Source: Verrucomicrobiales bacterium
Lineage (GTDB): Bacteria > Verrucomicrobiota > Verrucomicrobiia > Limisphaerales > CAIMTB01
Direction of reading: 5' to 3'
Assembly: GCA_016795425.1 (NCBI GenBank)
Contig: JAEUHG010000130.1
Coordinates: forward strand, 12,093-76,092
Length of the DNA: 64,000 nucleotides
In this document: positions 18,458 to 27,548 of the stretch, piece after piece
Layout: every line of letters begins with the position of its first letter
How positions within the stretch are numbered: position 1 is the first letter of the stretch
Notes under the pieces: generated by a model
Database searches by the model: none
The model's input: the letters and a program-made list of their open reading frames with translations, nothing else
What the model was told of the DNA's origin: nothing
Made by a program: the position numbers and the translations under genes

Positions 18458-20122
18458 TCAACTGCCGCGAACGCGAAGGCGAAGAAACAGTCGGTTCCGA
18501 TCCTTGGGAATCCGCACCGTGGTTCGCCCGGACTGCGCCTGATTCACCACCACCGGCGACCCCGCGGTATCCGACGCCGACCAGCGCCCGCCGGCCAGAT
18601 CCTCCGACCATTCCACCTCCACCGGGGCTCGATCGATGCCGGTTCGCCAATCCAATTGGTATTCAAAGTGGCCCGGGGCCTCCGCCACCGGTCGCAGGAG
18701 CGGCCCCCGCTCCGCCACGGTTGGCGACCGGCCTTGCATCAAGTACTCGACAAAATTGACCAAACCATCGCGGTCAGGATCGGCCGACGGCGCCTGAAGA
18801 TCGGTGGTCAGACCGGGAAACGAGGTGATCCAGGCGGGGAACCCGCTACCCACATCGGACGCCGGCGGTATCACATCGATCGACCATGACTCCAGCGTTC
18901 CGGTGTCCTCCTCGAACCGGTCGGCAACGCGCAGCGTCCAACTGCCCTGCGCATTCTCGCCGGAGAATTCCGATTTCAGGACGTGATCCAGCACAATCCC
19001 CGTTCCGCCTGGCTTGCCGTCGGCTGAGCGCAGCAACACTTCGGTCCCGGCGGGTGACTGCAGCACGACCTCCAAGTCACCGGGATAGGAGTGTTTGATC
19101 TTGAGGGAAACCTTGAATCGAAGGATCTCCACCGCGCTGGGTACGGTCACCACCGACTCCACTTGCCCACCGTCTGGGATGGGCTGGATTCCCGGCTGGG
19201 AGGCAAACGACACCGGCGTGCCTTCGGTCGCCACGCGGACTTGTGCCGGGCTTGACTGGGCACCGCCGATGGCGTTGGTGGCGGCCACCCGGTACTCCCC
19301 GGCATCGGTCATCTGCGCGGCGGCGATGACCAACGTTTGGTTGGTGGCCCCGGCCAGAAGTTGTCCATCCCGATACCACTGCAAGCGAATCGGGGAAGCG
19401 CCCTGGACATTGCACTCCAAACGGAGCGCGTCGCCCACCGCCACCAGTTGCGGCGACGGCGAATGGGTGAACTTGGGGGGACTGGTGGTCTGCAGGGATC
19501 GAATTGGATCAATGATGCGCCGGATGGCTTCCGCTCCCGGATAGCCGCTATCGCGGTACAGAACCTGCCACTGCTTGAGGCCATCTGCATCGACCAGGCC
19601 GTTGATGATGACAAACAGCGGAATATATCCGGTTTCAAACTGACTGTACGCGCTCGAGGAATAGTCGTTGGCCACCACATCCAGGCCGGCCGCCCGAATA
19701 AAGCTGTCGGTCGCTCCTTCATTGCCGGTTTCTATATTCACCGGCAGCACCGTAACGGGAACACCATTCGGATTCCCTCCACGGGATTCGTAGTAGCGCC
19801 GGACATTGGTTTCAAGATCCGGCGACGACGTCCGACAAGGGCCGCACCAATACGCGAAAAAGTCCAAAACCAAAACCTGCCCCGCATAATCCTGCAGGCG
19901 GATCGGCGTTCCGGGGCCCCGCTTGGAGACGGTGAAGGGTCGGGCCGTCCCACCGACCTGCACAATCTGGGCGAGGCTGCTGCTGCAACTCCCTGCCCAA
20001 ATCAGCGCCGCCACGACGGCGGCGACATGAGCGACGAGGGTGGGTTTGGAAAGGTACGGCACCGCATTCAGGCTGGTCTTCATAGGTTGCATCGACCGTT
20101 GGAATGTTCCGGCTGCAGGCAT
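18458..20122 (-). CDS. Secreted thioredoxin-fold (WCGPC) - Ig-like - proprotein-convertase P-domain fusion protein
   Basis: 554 aa with a signal-like N-terminus. The TlpA/ResA-like region is VLVLDFFAYWCGPCRTS. The I-set-like Ig region is LRLECNVQGASPIRLQWYRDGQ...DAGEYRVAATN. The P-domain pattern is LKIKHSYPGDLEVVLQSPAGTEVLL...FSGENAQGSWTLRVADRFEEDTGTLESWSIDV. It then has DPDRDGLVNFVEY. Confidence 0.7.
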   Translation of the reverse strand: MPAAGTFQRSMQPMKTSLNAVPYLSKPTLVAHVAAVVAALIWAGSCSSSLAQIVQVGGTARPFTVSKRGPGTPIRLQDYAGQVLVLDFFAYWCGPCRTSSPDLETNVRRYYESRGGNPNGVPVTVLPVNIETGNEGATDSFIRAAGLDVVANDYSSSAYSQFETGYIPLFVIINGLVDADGLKQWQVLYRDSGYPGAEAIRRIIDPIRSLQTTSPPKFTHSPSPQLVAVGDALRLECNVQGASPIRLQWYRDGQLLAGATNQTLVIAAAQMTDAGEYRVAATNAIGGAQSSPAQVRVATEGTPVSFASQPGIQPIPDGGQVESVVTVPSAVEILRFKVSLKIKHSYPGDLEVVLQSPAGTEVLLRSADGKPGGTGIVLDHVLKSEFSGENAQGSWTLRVADRFEEDTGTLESWSIDVIPPASDVGSGFPAWITSFPGLTTDLQAPSADPDRDGLVNFVEYLMQGRSPTVAERGPLLRPVAEAPGHFEYQLDWRTGIDRAPVEVEWSEDLAGGRWSASDTAGSPVVVNQAQSGRTTVRIPKDRNRLFLRLRVRGS

Positions 20123-20137
20123 TGGGTTTGTCGGATG

Positions 20138-21769
20138 TCAAAAACGGTAGCCCACCGCAGCCTCGACAAAGAACCATTCCCGACTCGCGTACAGCGTCGA
20201 GAAGTCCTGGGAGATCAGCGGCACCTCGTCATAACTCGTCCAATACGGGCCGGCAGCCAGTTTGCAGGAGAAGCCGCCCGACTGGTGGCGAAGCGCAAGG
20301 CCGGTCCGAAAGGTCGCCAGGGGTGGCGAGGCGCTCGATACCAAGCGAGGATCCCGCACCAGTCCGTTGTCGTCGTAGTACCGACCGAAAACCCCCACAA
20401 ACCAACGCTGGTCGACATCGAAGTCGAGGCTCCCTTGCACCTGCCAGGACAGGAAACTCGGACCTTCATGGGTCACGGCGCCAACCAAGCGGGCCACCCA
20501 ATCGCTGCCCAGGGCCCCGTTGGCGGAGAACCGGTAGCCGATGCGCAGATCCCGATCGGTCGTGTCCGTGAACCGCACCTCCTGGGAAACCCGCCAACGA
20601 TCGGTGAACACATTCTCGATGCCAACGGTTCCCGCCAGGGTGTCGAGATTCTCAGTCCCTCGAACCAACGGTCGGAACGGTTCCTTCTCGTAGCCGGGTG
20701 ACACTTGGTCGAACTGATAGACCAACCCCGCCTGCACCATCATCGATCCAGGCACCGCTTCCCATTGCAGGGCGGGCCCGACATGGAATCCACCGGGATC
20801 TGCGGACCGATAGCCGGGAACCGGTTCGAAGAACTGACGGTAGTATTCATCCAGCCACACCGAGCGGTAATCACTGAAACCATCGTACCATCCGCCACTC
20901 AACTCCAGTCGCAGGCGGGAATGGTAGCGGACCCTGACTCGGCCCAGCACTGAGACCATGTCTTCCCGGAGGTTCGTGGGCTGGCTGATGAAATCAGTCG
21001 GCGCAGGTTCGTAGTCCAAGTCGTAACGATTCCAGCCCGTCTGCATCAAATACTCCCAACCCGGCCGCGCTTCGCGCCAACTGGCCGAGCTTTGAAACAG
21101 GCGGTAATTCGAATCCCAAAGAGCCTCCGTGCCCAACTCGAGAAGGTTCGAAACCGGCCGCGCCAGCAACCAACGCCAAACGCCGTCGGACGTCGACTCA
21201 TGGCTCGCCGAGTCCGACACCCGCGCCGGTTCGACACCGCCGAGACCATCGATGCGATCACGGAGGGCCTCCAGTCCGGGAAAGCCCTCGAAGGTGGCAG
21301 CGACGGGGGGCGTTCCCTGCCAATCCTGTCCCGTGGCATCCAGGATAACGATGAAGGGCAGACCCTTGCCTCCCAATGCGGACATCCATCGACCCTCCGG
21401 ATCCTCATAGACATTCTCCAATCCCGCCGAGCGGATGAATCGGTCGGTGCGGCTTCCTCCCGTGGCGTCGACGTTGACGGGCAACACGCGGATCGGAACC
21501 CGTCGAGGATGGGCACCGGCATTGGCGTAATACTCGTCGATTCCGGCCTTGATCTGCCGCGAAACCTCCAGACACGGAACACACCAGTGGGCGAAGAAAT
21601 CGACGACCACCACGCTGCCGCGCGCGGACTCCCAGGACCAGACCTCCCCGCTGCCGCGCCGGGTCAGTTGCGGCGCCTCTGCCCCGGCGGCGACCACAGT
21701 TGCCGACCAACTCAAGGCAGCCGCAAGGATCACCCAGAGGATACGCGAACAAGAGCCGGGGTCTTTCAT
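20138..21769 (-). CDS. Thioredoxin-fold (WCVPC) domain fused to a predicted outer-membrane beta-barrel (DUF3570-like genomic context)
   Basis: Trimmed to ATG 21769: MKDPGSCSRILWVILAAALSWSATVVAAGA (signal peptide). The TlpA-like region VVVVDFFAHWCVPCLEV is paralogous to 18458-20122. The C-terminal ~350 aa are rich in alternating aromatic/polar strands and end ...EAAVGYRF, a terminal Phe typical of OM barrels. Confidence 0.55.
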   Translation of the reverse strand: MKDPGSCSRILWVILAAALSWSATVVAAGAEAPQLTRRGSGEVWSWESARGSVVVVDFFAHWCVPCLEVSRQIKAGIDEYYANAGAHPRRVPIRVLPVNVDATGGSRTDRFIRSAGLENVYEDPEGRWMSALGGKGLPFIVILDATGQDWQGTPPVAATFEGFPGLEALRDRIDGLGGVEPARVSDSASHESTSDGVWRWLLARPVSNLLELGTEALWDSNYRLFQSSASWREARPGWEYLMQTGWNRYDLDYEPAPTDFISQPTNLREDMVSVLGRVRVRYHSRLRLELSGGWYDGFSDYRSVWLDEYYRQFFEPVPGYRSADPGGFHVGPALQWEAVPGSMMVQAGLVYQFDQVSPGYEKEPFRPLVRGTENLDTLAGTVGIENVFTDRWRVSQEVRFTDTTDRDLRIGYRFSANGALGSDWVARLVGAVTHEGPSFLSWQVQGSLDFDVDQRWFVGVFGRYYDDNGLVRDPRLVSSASPPLATFRTGLALRHQSGGFSCKLAAGPYWTSYDEVPLISQDFSTLYASREWFFVEAAVGYRF

Positions 21770-21795
21770 CGATCGCTCGGTTCCTTCGTTTCCCA

Positions 21796-22002
21796 CTACT
21801 TGCAGGAGGTGCATCCCGCTGCCTGCGCCCCTCCGTTCGAAGCCGCCCCGGGCTCGACCTGCGTCACCAGGGCGCTGTCGTAGCCGAACACCGCCGTGTC
21901 GGCGAAAATCATGTTGGGCTTCGACAGACGCCCCTGCTCCCCGATCGGAACGGACCGGCAACCCGCAGTCCAAAGGAAGATCGCCGCCCCCGCCCATCCC
22001 AT
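21796..22002 (-). CDS. DUF4266-like small lipoprotein (68 aa) with C-terminal Gly-rich CxxC tail
   Basis: From ATG 22002: MGWAGAAIFLWTAGC|RSVPIGEQGRLSKPNMIF...NGGAQAAGCTSCK. The size, Cys lipobox, V-P-x-E-x-G-x-L-x-K-P-x-M core and GG..GCxxC terminus match my recollection of the DUF4266 family. The start is uncertain; the track ORF extends to 22149. Confidence 0.55.
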   Translation of the reverse strand: MGWAGAAIFLWTAGCRSVPIGEQGRLSKPNMIFADTAVFGYDSALVTQVEPGAASNGGAQAAGCTSCK

Positions 22003-22189
22003 CACCAGGCGACCGCGGTTCCTTGAATTCTGATCAGGACTGGAGCACGCCCCCTGCCCTTGATGGACCGTCGACCCGGATGCCTTGCCCCTGGACATAG
22101 CGCACCCTGTCACCAGGCTGCCGACCGCTGGCAAGGGGAATTCCGCCATTCACCAAATCGTCATGAACCCGGATGCCCGACCTTCGCGT

Positions 22190-24514
22190 CTAGAACCCTT
22201 CAAATTCGGAAGCCAGAGATTCGCGGAACTGGGCGATCTGCTGCCGGGTGCCCAACACCAGGACCTCATCCGATCCCTCCAAACGATCGGCACCGGTCGG
22301 CGTCGGCATCGGTTTACCTCGTCGCCGGATGCCGCCCACCTGAACCCCACACCGCCGAATCAGATCCAATTCCCGCAGCGTGCGGCCGGCCCACGACGAT
22401 CCTTCGGGTATCACCACCGTCTCCTGGGTCAGTTCCTCGAACCCACCGGGACCCTCGCGGGGCGCCGACTGACCGAGCAAGCGAGCGGCGCGGGCAAGAT
22501 CATCGGGATTGCCCAGCACCAGCAACTTATCGCCCGGAAACAGGACCGTGGAGGCATCGGGATTCACCAGGCCCACGCCCTGACGGTCGATGCCAACAAC
22601 GGAACAACCGAATTGTTGTCTCAGCGCCAACTGGCCGAGGCTCCGACCCGAATGAGCCGAGGACCTCGGCAAGGTGACCTCGTCGATTTCCATGCCCCAA
22701 TCGACCGCGGGTTCCACCATGACGGCTGACCAGGAGGAGGCGGACGTGGATTGACTGGCGCGCCGGAATTGTTCCTGCAACTCACCCTCCAACCGACTCT
22801 GCAATCGGATGAGCCTGGATCGGAAGAGCACCGCCACGGTGGCCAGCATGACTGCGACGGCACCGGTCGCCCCTGCCACCGCCGCGCCGCTCGGGAGCAG
22901 CGCCATAAGCCAGGCCGCCAAAAGAAGCATGCCTACGGCCCTGAGTGCCACCTCCAGCAACGGTCGCAAGCGCGCCGCCGGCGGCGTTCCGCGAGTCGCC
23001 ACTTCGGCGAACACCATGGCCAAAACGGATATGTTCCTCCAAATCGCCACCAACGGTGCCAGCACCACCAGTCCAAAGGTGGTCCAGAAGATCACCGCCA
23101 GACCTCGAGGGAACAGCCAGTTGGGACCCACCCTTGCCAAGGCCCAGGAATACGTAGGAACCGCGATAAGCAGGAGCGCCGAGACCGCGAGAACAAAGAG
23201 GGCGATCTGCATCAAACGGGGGCCGGTGAGTTGCAGCAGTCCGCTCGCGCCCCGTCGGGCTTGAAGTCGTGTCAGCCAGGCATGGTAGAACCCAATCCAC
23301 TCCAGGAACCATCGTGGCTGAAATACCAGCGCGCGGTCGGCGAGTCGTTCGGCATTCCGCGTCAAGACGGGAGCCATCAAGGAGGTGAGCAAGGATGCGC
23401 CCACCGCCACCGGAAAAAAGGACTTCGGCATGACCCCCGAATCGACGCCCATCTGAGCGATAATGAAGGAGAACTCCCCGAGTGGCACCAGGCAGAAGGC
23501 CGCCACTCCCGCATCGCGACTGGTCGTTCCCGCCGCAATCAACCCCAGTCCACAGGCGAGCGGACGCAACAGCACCGCGAGGCCGGCCAAGGCCAGAGCC
23601 GCGTACCACACCTCTCCCAGCAACCGAAAATCCACGAGCATCCCCACCGCGACGAAGAAGACCGCGCCAAAGATCTGGCGTACGCCTTCAAAGACGTCCT
23701 CGATGTCCGCCTTGTGACGGGTGCTGCCGACGATCGCGCCCAGTACGAAGGCGCCCAGGGCCAGCGAATACCCCATGCGCGCCGCCACCCACGCCAAAGC
23801 CAGCACGAGGCCGGTCACCACCAACGTTCGGATCTCGGTCGGCACCCCCCCTCCCAATCGTTGGAGCAGCGCCGGAACGAACAGCAACGAAACCAATGCC
23901 ACCAGGACCACGAAGGCGCCCAAGCCCCCCAGTGTCGGCAAGATCCCCGCCGAACTGTTCTCACCGCCCCCCAAATGAGCGAGCGAAGTGAGCAAGGTCA
24001 GCATGGCCACCGCCACGACATCCTCGAGCACGGTGATTCCCAGGGCCATTTGCCCAGGGCGTTCGTGCGTCAGGTTCGATTCGTCCAACACCTTGCTGAT
24101 GATCGCCGAACTGGAGACCATCAACACTCCGGCCACGAACAAACCCTGGGTCGCTGTCCAACCCGCTCCATACCCGATCAGTCGGCAAACATGGAGCACC
24201 ACCAACGCACCCACAAACGTCGCGATGGCGACGGAAATTCCCAAGCGGCGGATTCGGCTGAGGCTGAGGTTGAGCCCGACCGAAAACATCACAAACACCA
24301 GGCCCAACTGGGCCAGGGTTTGAACACGATCCAGATCGGACACCAGGGCGAAGGGCGGGGTGTAAGGGCCGATCACCGCTCCCGCGATCAGGTAACCGAC
24401 AATGACCGATAGGCCGAGGCGCTGGCAGACCCAGGCAGCGACGCCCGCTGCCAGCATGACCACCGCAAGGTCCCGAATGAGGAGTACGCCCGACACACGC
24501 CCACTTGTAGGCAC
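22190..24514 (-). CDS. Kef-type cation:proton antiporter (CPA2) with two C-terminal RCK_C/TrkA-C domains
   Basis: 774 aa. It has a polytopic Na_H_exchanger-like N-terminal half (VIVGYLIAGAVIGPYTPPFALV...). Two repeats of the TrkA-C pattern follow (...GRSLGQLALRQQFGCSVVGIDRQG...GDKLLVLG and ...GRTLRELDLIRRCGVQVGGIRRRG...SDEVLVLG). The GTG start is uncertain. Confidence 0.8.
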   Translation of the reverse strand: MPTSGRVSGVLLIRDLAVVMLAAGVAAWVCQRLGLSVIVGYLIAGAVIGPYTPPFALVSDLDRVQTLAQLGLVFVMFSVGLNLSLSRIRRLGISVAIATFVGALVVLHVCRLIGYGAGWTATQGLFVAGVLMVSSSAIISKVLDESNLTHERPGQMALGITVLEDVVAVAMLTLLTSLAHLGGGENSSAGILPTLGGLGAFVVLVALVSLLFVPALLQRLGGGVPTEIRTLVVTGLVLALAWVAARMGYSLALGAFVLGAIVGSTRHKADIEDVFEGVRQIFGAVFFVAVGMLVDFRLLGEVWYAALALAGLAVLLRPLACGLGLIAAGTTSRDAGVAAFCLVPLGEFSFIIAQMGVDSGVMPKSFFPVAVGASLLTSLMAPVLTRNAERLADRALVFQPRWFLEWIGFYHAWLTRLQARRGASGLLQLTGPRLMQIALFVLAVSALLLIAVPTYSWALARVGPNWLFPRGLAVIFWTTFGLVVLAPLVAIWRNISVLAMVFAEVATRGTPPAARLRPLLEVALRAVGMLLLAAWLMALLPSGAAVAGATGAVAVMLATVAVLFRSRLIRLQSRLEGELQEQFRRASQSTSASSWSAVMVEPAVDWGMEIDEVTLPRSSAHSGRSLGQLALRQQFGCSVVGIDRQGVGLVNPDASTVLFPGDKLLVLGNPDDLARAARLLGQSAPREGPGGFEELTQETVVIPEGSSWAGRTLRELDLIRRCGVQVGGIRRRGKPMPTPTGADRLEGSDEVLVLGTRQQIAQFRESLASEFEGF

Positions 24515-24589
24515 TTCGATCCAGTCCGAAAAGCCTGGGCGCCGAAAAATTCCGAATCAGGGGTGCTTTAACCGCGACCCTGGCGGCGG

Positions 24590-25525
24590 TCAACGAATGA
24601 AGTCGAGCAACGATCGATTGAGAATGGATCCGCCGCTCTGCAACGCCGCCTGATAGGCGGTCTGGACTTCGTTGAGCCGAACCAAAGTCTGCGCCAGGTC
24701 GGCATCCGTTTCCTTGGAGACCAGCGCCTCCAGGTTTTGCGAGCGCTTGGTCATGATCGACTCGCCGGTTTCAAGTCGGGTCTGCACCGCGCCGTTGGTG
24801 CCGATATGGAAAAGAATCGTGTCAGCGTCGCGGCCAAGTTCGTCCGGCGAATGGGCGGCGATCGCCGCCGTGTCTCCAGCGGACAAGCGGTCGCGGAGGG
24901 CGATCAGGTGGTTGAAGATATCCGCGCCGGTTCGGGTGTCCGTCACCAGGCCGCGATAGCCAGCTCCGGTCGTGTTGGCCCCTAGGGTCTGCGCGGTGAG
25001 GGCGACGCCATGCCCAATCTCGCTCTCGGAGAGCGCCGCATTTCCCTGGTACGTGACGCTGGTGACATTGCCATCGGAATCCTCCGCCATGACGAACGGC
25101 TTCTTGTCGAGCAAGGTGCCGCTGAACAGATAGTCTCCGCGGTTCTGCACATTCACCACCTGGGCCCCCTGCTTGATCAGCTCGTTGACCTCCGTGGCGT
25201 AGACCCGAAGTTCCTCCGGAGATTTCAAGTCGTCCGCCAATGTGGCGATCTCACTCGCCCGGTCCACGACCGTCTTCAGGGACTTGATGGAGGCGTAAGT
25301 GGCGTTCGCGAGTTCCTTGTGGCGCGCGATATTGCGGAGGTACTGACTGACGGAACTCGCCTCTCCCTGCATGTCGATGACCCGGCGCATGGCCACCGGA
25401 TCATCATCTGGAAAGGTCATTCGCTGGCCGGTCGCCGCCTGTTGCTGCAATCGGCTCTGGCGCACCGCGAGCCGGTTGAGCTGGGTAAGCAGGGAGTTCG
25501 GGAAGGTGCTGGCCGTGACACGCAT
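24590..25525 (-). CDS. flgL: Flagellar hook-associated protein 3 (hook-filament junction)
   Basis: 311 aa. N-terminus is MRVTASTFPNSLLTQLNRLAVRQSRLQQQAATGQR and C-terminus is LNEVQTAYQAALQSGGSILNRSLLDFIR (flagellin-like termini). It follows flgK. Confidence 0.85.
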   Translation of the reverse strand: MRVTASTFPNSLLTQLNRLAVRQSRLQQQAATGQRMTFPDDDPVAMRRVIDMQGEASSVSQYLRNIARHKELANATYASIKSLKTVVDRASEIATLADDLKSPEELRVYATEVNELIKQGAQVVNVQNRGDYLFSGTLLDKKPFVMAEDSDGNVTSVTYQGNAALSESEIGHGVALTAQTLGANTTGAGYRGLVTDTRTGADIFNHLIALRDRLSAGDTAAIAAHSPDELGRDADTILFHIGTNGAVQTRLETGESIMTKRSQNLEALVSKETDADLAQTLVRLNEVQTAYQAALQSGGSILNRSLLDFIR

Positions 25526-25608
25526 GACGGGTGGAGACGTTGGGGTGGGAGTTCCGGTGCGGAGCGCTTCATGCCGGACGATTCACGCCGGTGGCGGCGC
25601 CAGGGTGT

Positions 25609-27036
25609 TCAACGTTTCATCGAGACAACGACATCGAGCATTTCATCGACAATACCGACCAGCCGGGCTGAGGCTTCGAAGGCTTTCTGGAACTTGATCA
25701 AATCCGTCATTTCCTCGTCCAACGACACCCCGCTGAAGGAGTCCCGCTGCCGGCTGAGCATGTCCTGCACACTGGCCTGGTTATCGATCTGGGAATTGAT
25801 GGAAGACAGGGATTGGCCGAGGCTGGCGACCGTCTGGCCATAACTGCTGCTGAAGGACTGATTCCCGAGCGCCGCGATCGGTTTGTCGCCGAGTTGCGCC
25901 AACTGGAGAATCACCTGGTTGTCACCGGTGGCACCATTGATCGCGCTGGCTTGGATCTTGCCCGGATCAGCGAGCAGCACGGCATTCACCTCGATGGATC
26001 CGGCGTCGCTGCCGGTGAAGAATTGGATGCCCGTCGTTCCGGTAAGGCCATAGCCCGCGGAATGGACGGAGTTGACCTCGGCGATCAGCGAGGAGGCGAG
26101 TGTGTCGATGGAGGAGCGCAGGGCCCCCAGGGCGCCGTCCCGGGCCTCAATGGTTCCCTGGATGCTTCCCCCGGTCAGCTGGAGCTGCGCGCCGGAGCTC
26201 TGCACTCGGACCATGATCTGACCATTGCCGGCATCGTAGGATTCCAGCTGTTCGAGCACCCTCGATCCCTGCGTCATGGGCACGCCATCGATGGCGATGT
26301 CCACGGAACCACCCGACTGCTCGATGGTGGTGAAATCCACCAGCTTGCCGAGTTCCTCGAGACGCTGCTGGCGGACATCGCGAAGGTCGTTGGCGATGCC
26401 GCCGCCCACCTCGATGGCGATCACCTGATCGTTGAGCTTGGCGATGTCCCCGAGAAGCCGGTTCACCGAGGAGACATCCGACTCGATGCCCTCGTTGAGC
26501 AGGGTATGCGTATCATTCAGCCGGTGGCTGACCTGGTTGAACTGGGTGGCGACGTTCTGCGCCTTGAGCAGCAACACCTGTCGCTCAGCCGTCGACGTGG
26601 GATTGGTCGAAAGGCTCTGAAAGGCGTTGAAAAGGCTGGCAAGCTGCTCGGACAGTCCGTTCTGCCCCCCCACGCCGCCAGTCGCGGCGGCACCCTCGGC
26701 CCCGCTGCTCTGGCGGTCGATCAGTTGACCGAGATTTGCCTGGGCGTACTGCAGCGCCCGCTGCTGGGAATCCAGCGAGCCATAGACGCTGGTTTCGGCA
26801 AGGATCTGACGATCAAGGAGCCGGTTGCGCAGCTGGTTGATGGCCACACCCTCGGCACCCGTTCCCTGGGGACCCAGCGTATCCGGAACCGGCAACGACG
26901 CGGTGATGGTCAACCTTTGCCGGGAATAGCCGGGGTTGTTGACGTTCGCGAGGTTGTGTCCCGCGACTTCCGTTCCCTGGCGTTGGGTCGAGAGCGACCG
27001 CGTCGCCAGATTGAGAGTGCCAAAAAGGCCGAGCAT
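25609..27036 (-). CDS. flgK: Flagellar hook-associated protein 1
   Basis: 475 aa. N-terminus is MLGLFGTLNLATRSLSTQRQGTEVAGHNLANVNNPGYSRQR and C-terminus is SGVSLDEEMTDLIKFQKAFEASARLV. Confidence 0.9.
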   Translation of the reverse strand: MLGLFGTLNLATRSLSTQRQGTEVAGHNLANVNNPGYSRQRLTITASLPVPDTLGPQGTGAEGVAINQLRNRLLDRQILAETSVYGSLDSQQRALQYAQANLGQLIDRQSSGAEGAAATGGVGGQNGLSEQLASLFNAFQSLSTNPTSTAERQVLLLKAQNVATQFNQVSHRLNDTHTLLNEGIESDVSSVNRLLGDIAKLNDQVIAIEVGGGIANDLRDVRQQRLEELGKLVDFTTIEQSGGSVDIAIDGVPMTQGSRVLEQLESYDAGNGQIMVRVQSSGAQLQLTGGSIQGTIEARDGALGALRSSIDTLASSLIAEVNSVHSAGYGLTGTTGIQFFTGSDAGSIEVNAVLLADPGKIQASAINGATGDNQVILQLAQLGDKPIAALGNQSFSSSYGQTVASLGQSLSSINSQIDNQASVQDMLSRQRDSFSGVSLDEEMTDLIKFQKAFEASARLVGIVDEMLDVVVSMKR

Positions 27037-27045
27037 AGGCGGGCA

Positions 27046-27543
27046 TCAACCGACGGCTTCGTAGACGGCATGCATCGGCGGCGTCCAAGCCGGCCGTTGA
27101 CCTTGTACATCGTAGACTTGCGCGTCCCGCGATGGGAACAGCGTGGACAGGAATCGCTGCATCAGCTCGAGAGACCTGCTGAGCAGAAGGTGATTCTGCC
27201 GGGCGCGCTGTTGGACACGCACCAGCAGCTGGTTGTTCTCGCGCACCAGGGCGCCCACCAGTGGCTGATAGTCGGCCGGCAGGACGGGAATCAGTTGCGC
27301 AAAGGGGCAGTCGGCGGCGTAGCCCAGAGACTGCGCCACCGCCGCCCGGCATTGCTCGCGCGTGGTGCGCGCCTGCTGGATGACGATGGCCTGGCTCTGG
27401 ATGGCGCTGACGGATTCGAACAGATCCGTTCCGGCACGTTGCATCACCAGCTCCTGCTCGCGGTCCAGCAAGGCCAGCATTTCGCCGTATTGCTGCAATT
27501 CCTCGCGCAGTGCGTCGATCAGGGGTTGAAGAAAGTCAGTCAT
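27046..27543 (-). CDS. flgN: FlgN-like export chaperone
   Basis: 165 aa, all-helical. LIDALREELQQYGEMLALLDREQELV... follows the FlgN-family pattern. It sits directly upstream of flgK. Confidence 0.6.
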   Translation of the reverse strand: MTDFLQPLIDALREELQQYGEMLALLDREQELVMQRAGTDLFESVSAIQSQAIVIQQARTTREQCRAAVAQSLGYAADCPFAQLIPVLPADYQPLVGALVRENNQLLVRVQQRARQNHLLLSRSLELMQRFLSTLFPSRDAQVYDVQGQRPAWTPPMHAVYEAVG

Positions 27544-27548
27544 GGGGG

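Noticed and set aside
18384-18650. N-terminal extensions of track ORFs. Examples: deoC 355 aa versus 266 aa; 8872-9879; 9952-10722; 20138-21997; 51985-52863; 6264-7445.
   Set aside because: The extensions are Gly/Arg/Pro-rich, precede obvious native N-termini (prepilin leaders, signal peptides, the MTYTYEEL start of DeoC), or overlap the upstream gene. An internal ATG with operon-consistent spacing was chosen instead.
22074-22177. Identical 11-mer ACCCGGATGCC occurring twice, 93 bp apart, upstream of the DUF4266-like gene
   Set aside because: It is short and GC-rich, so I cannot distinguish it from chance in this composition without genome-wide statistics. No associated promoter element was recognised.
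25526-25608. Searched the flgK-flgL gap and other short flagellar gaps for the GG-N10-GC motif
   Set aside because: GGCAT and GGCGC strings are present here, but none has a GC dinucleotide at the required 10-nt spacing. No promoter is called.
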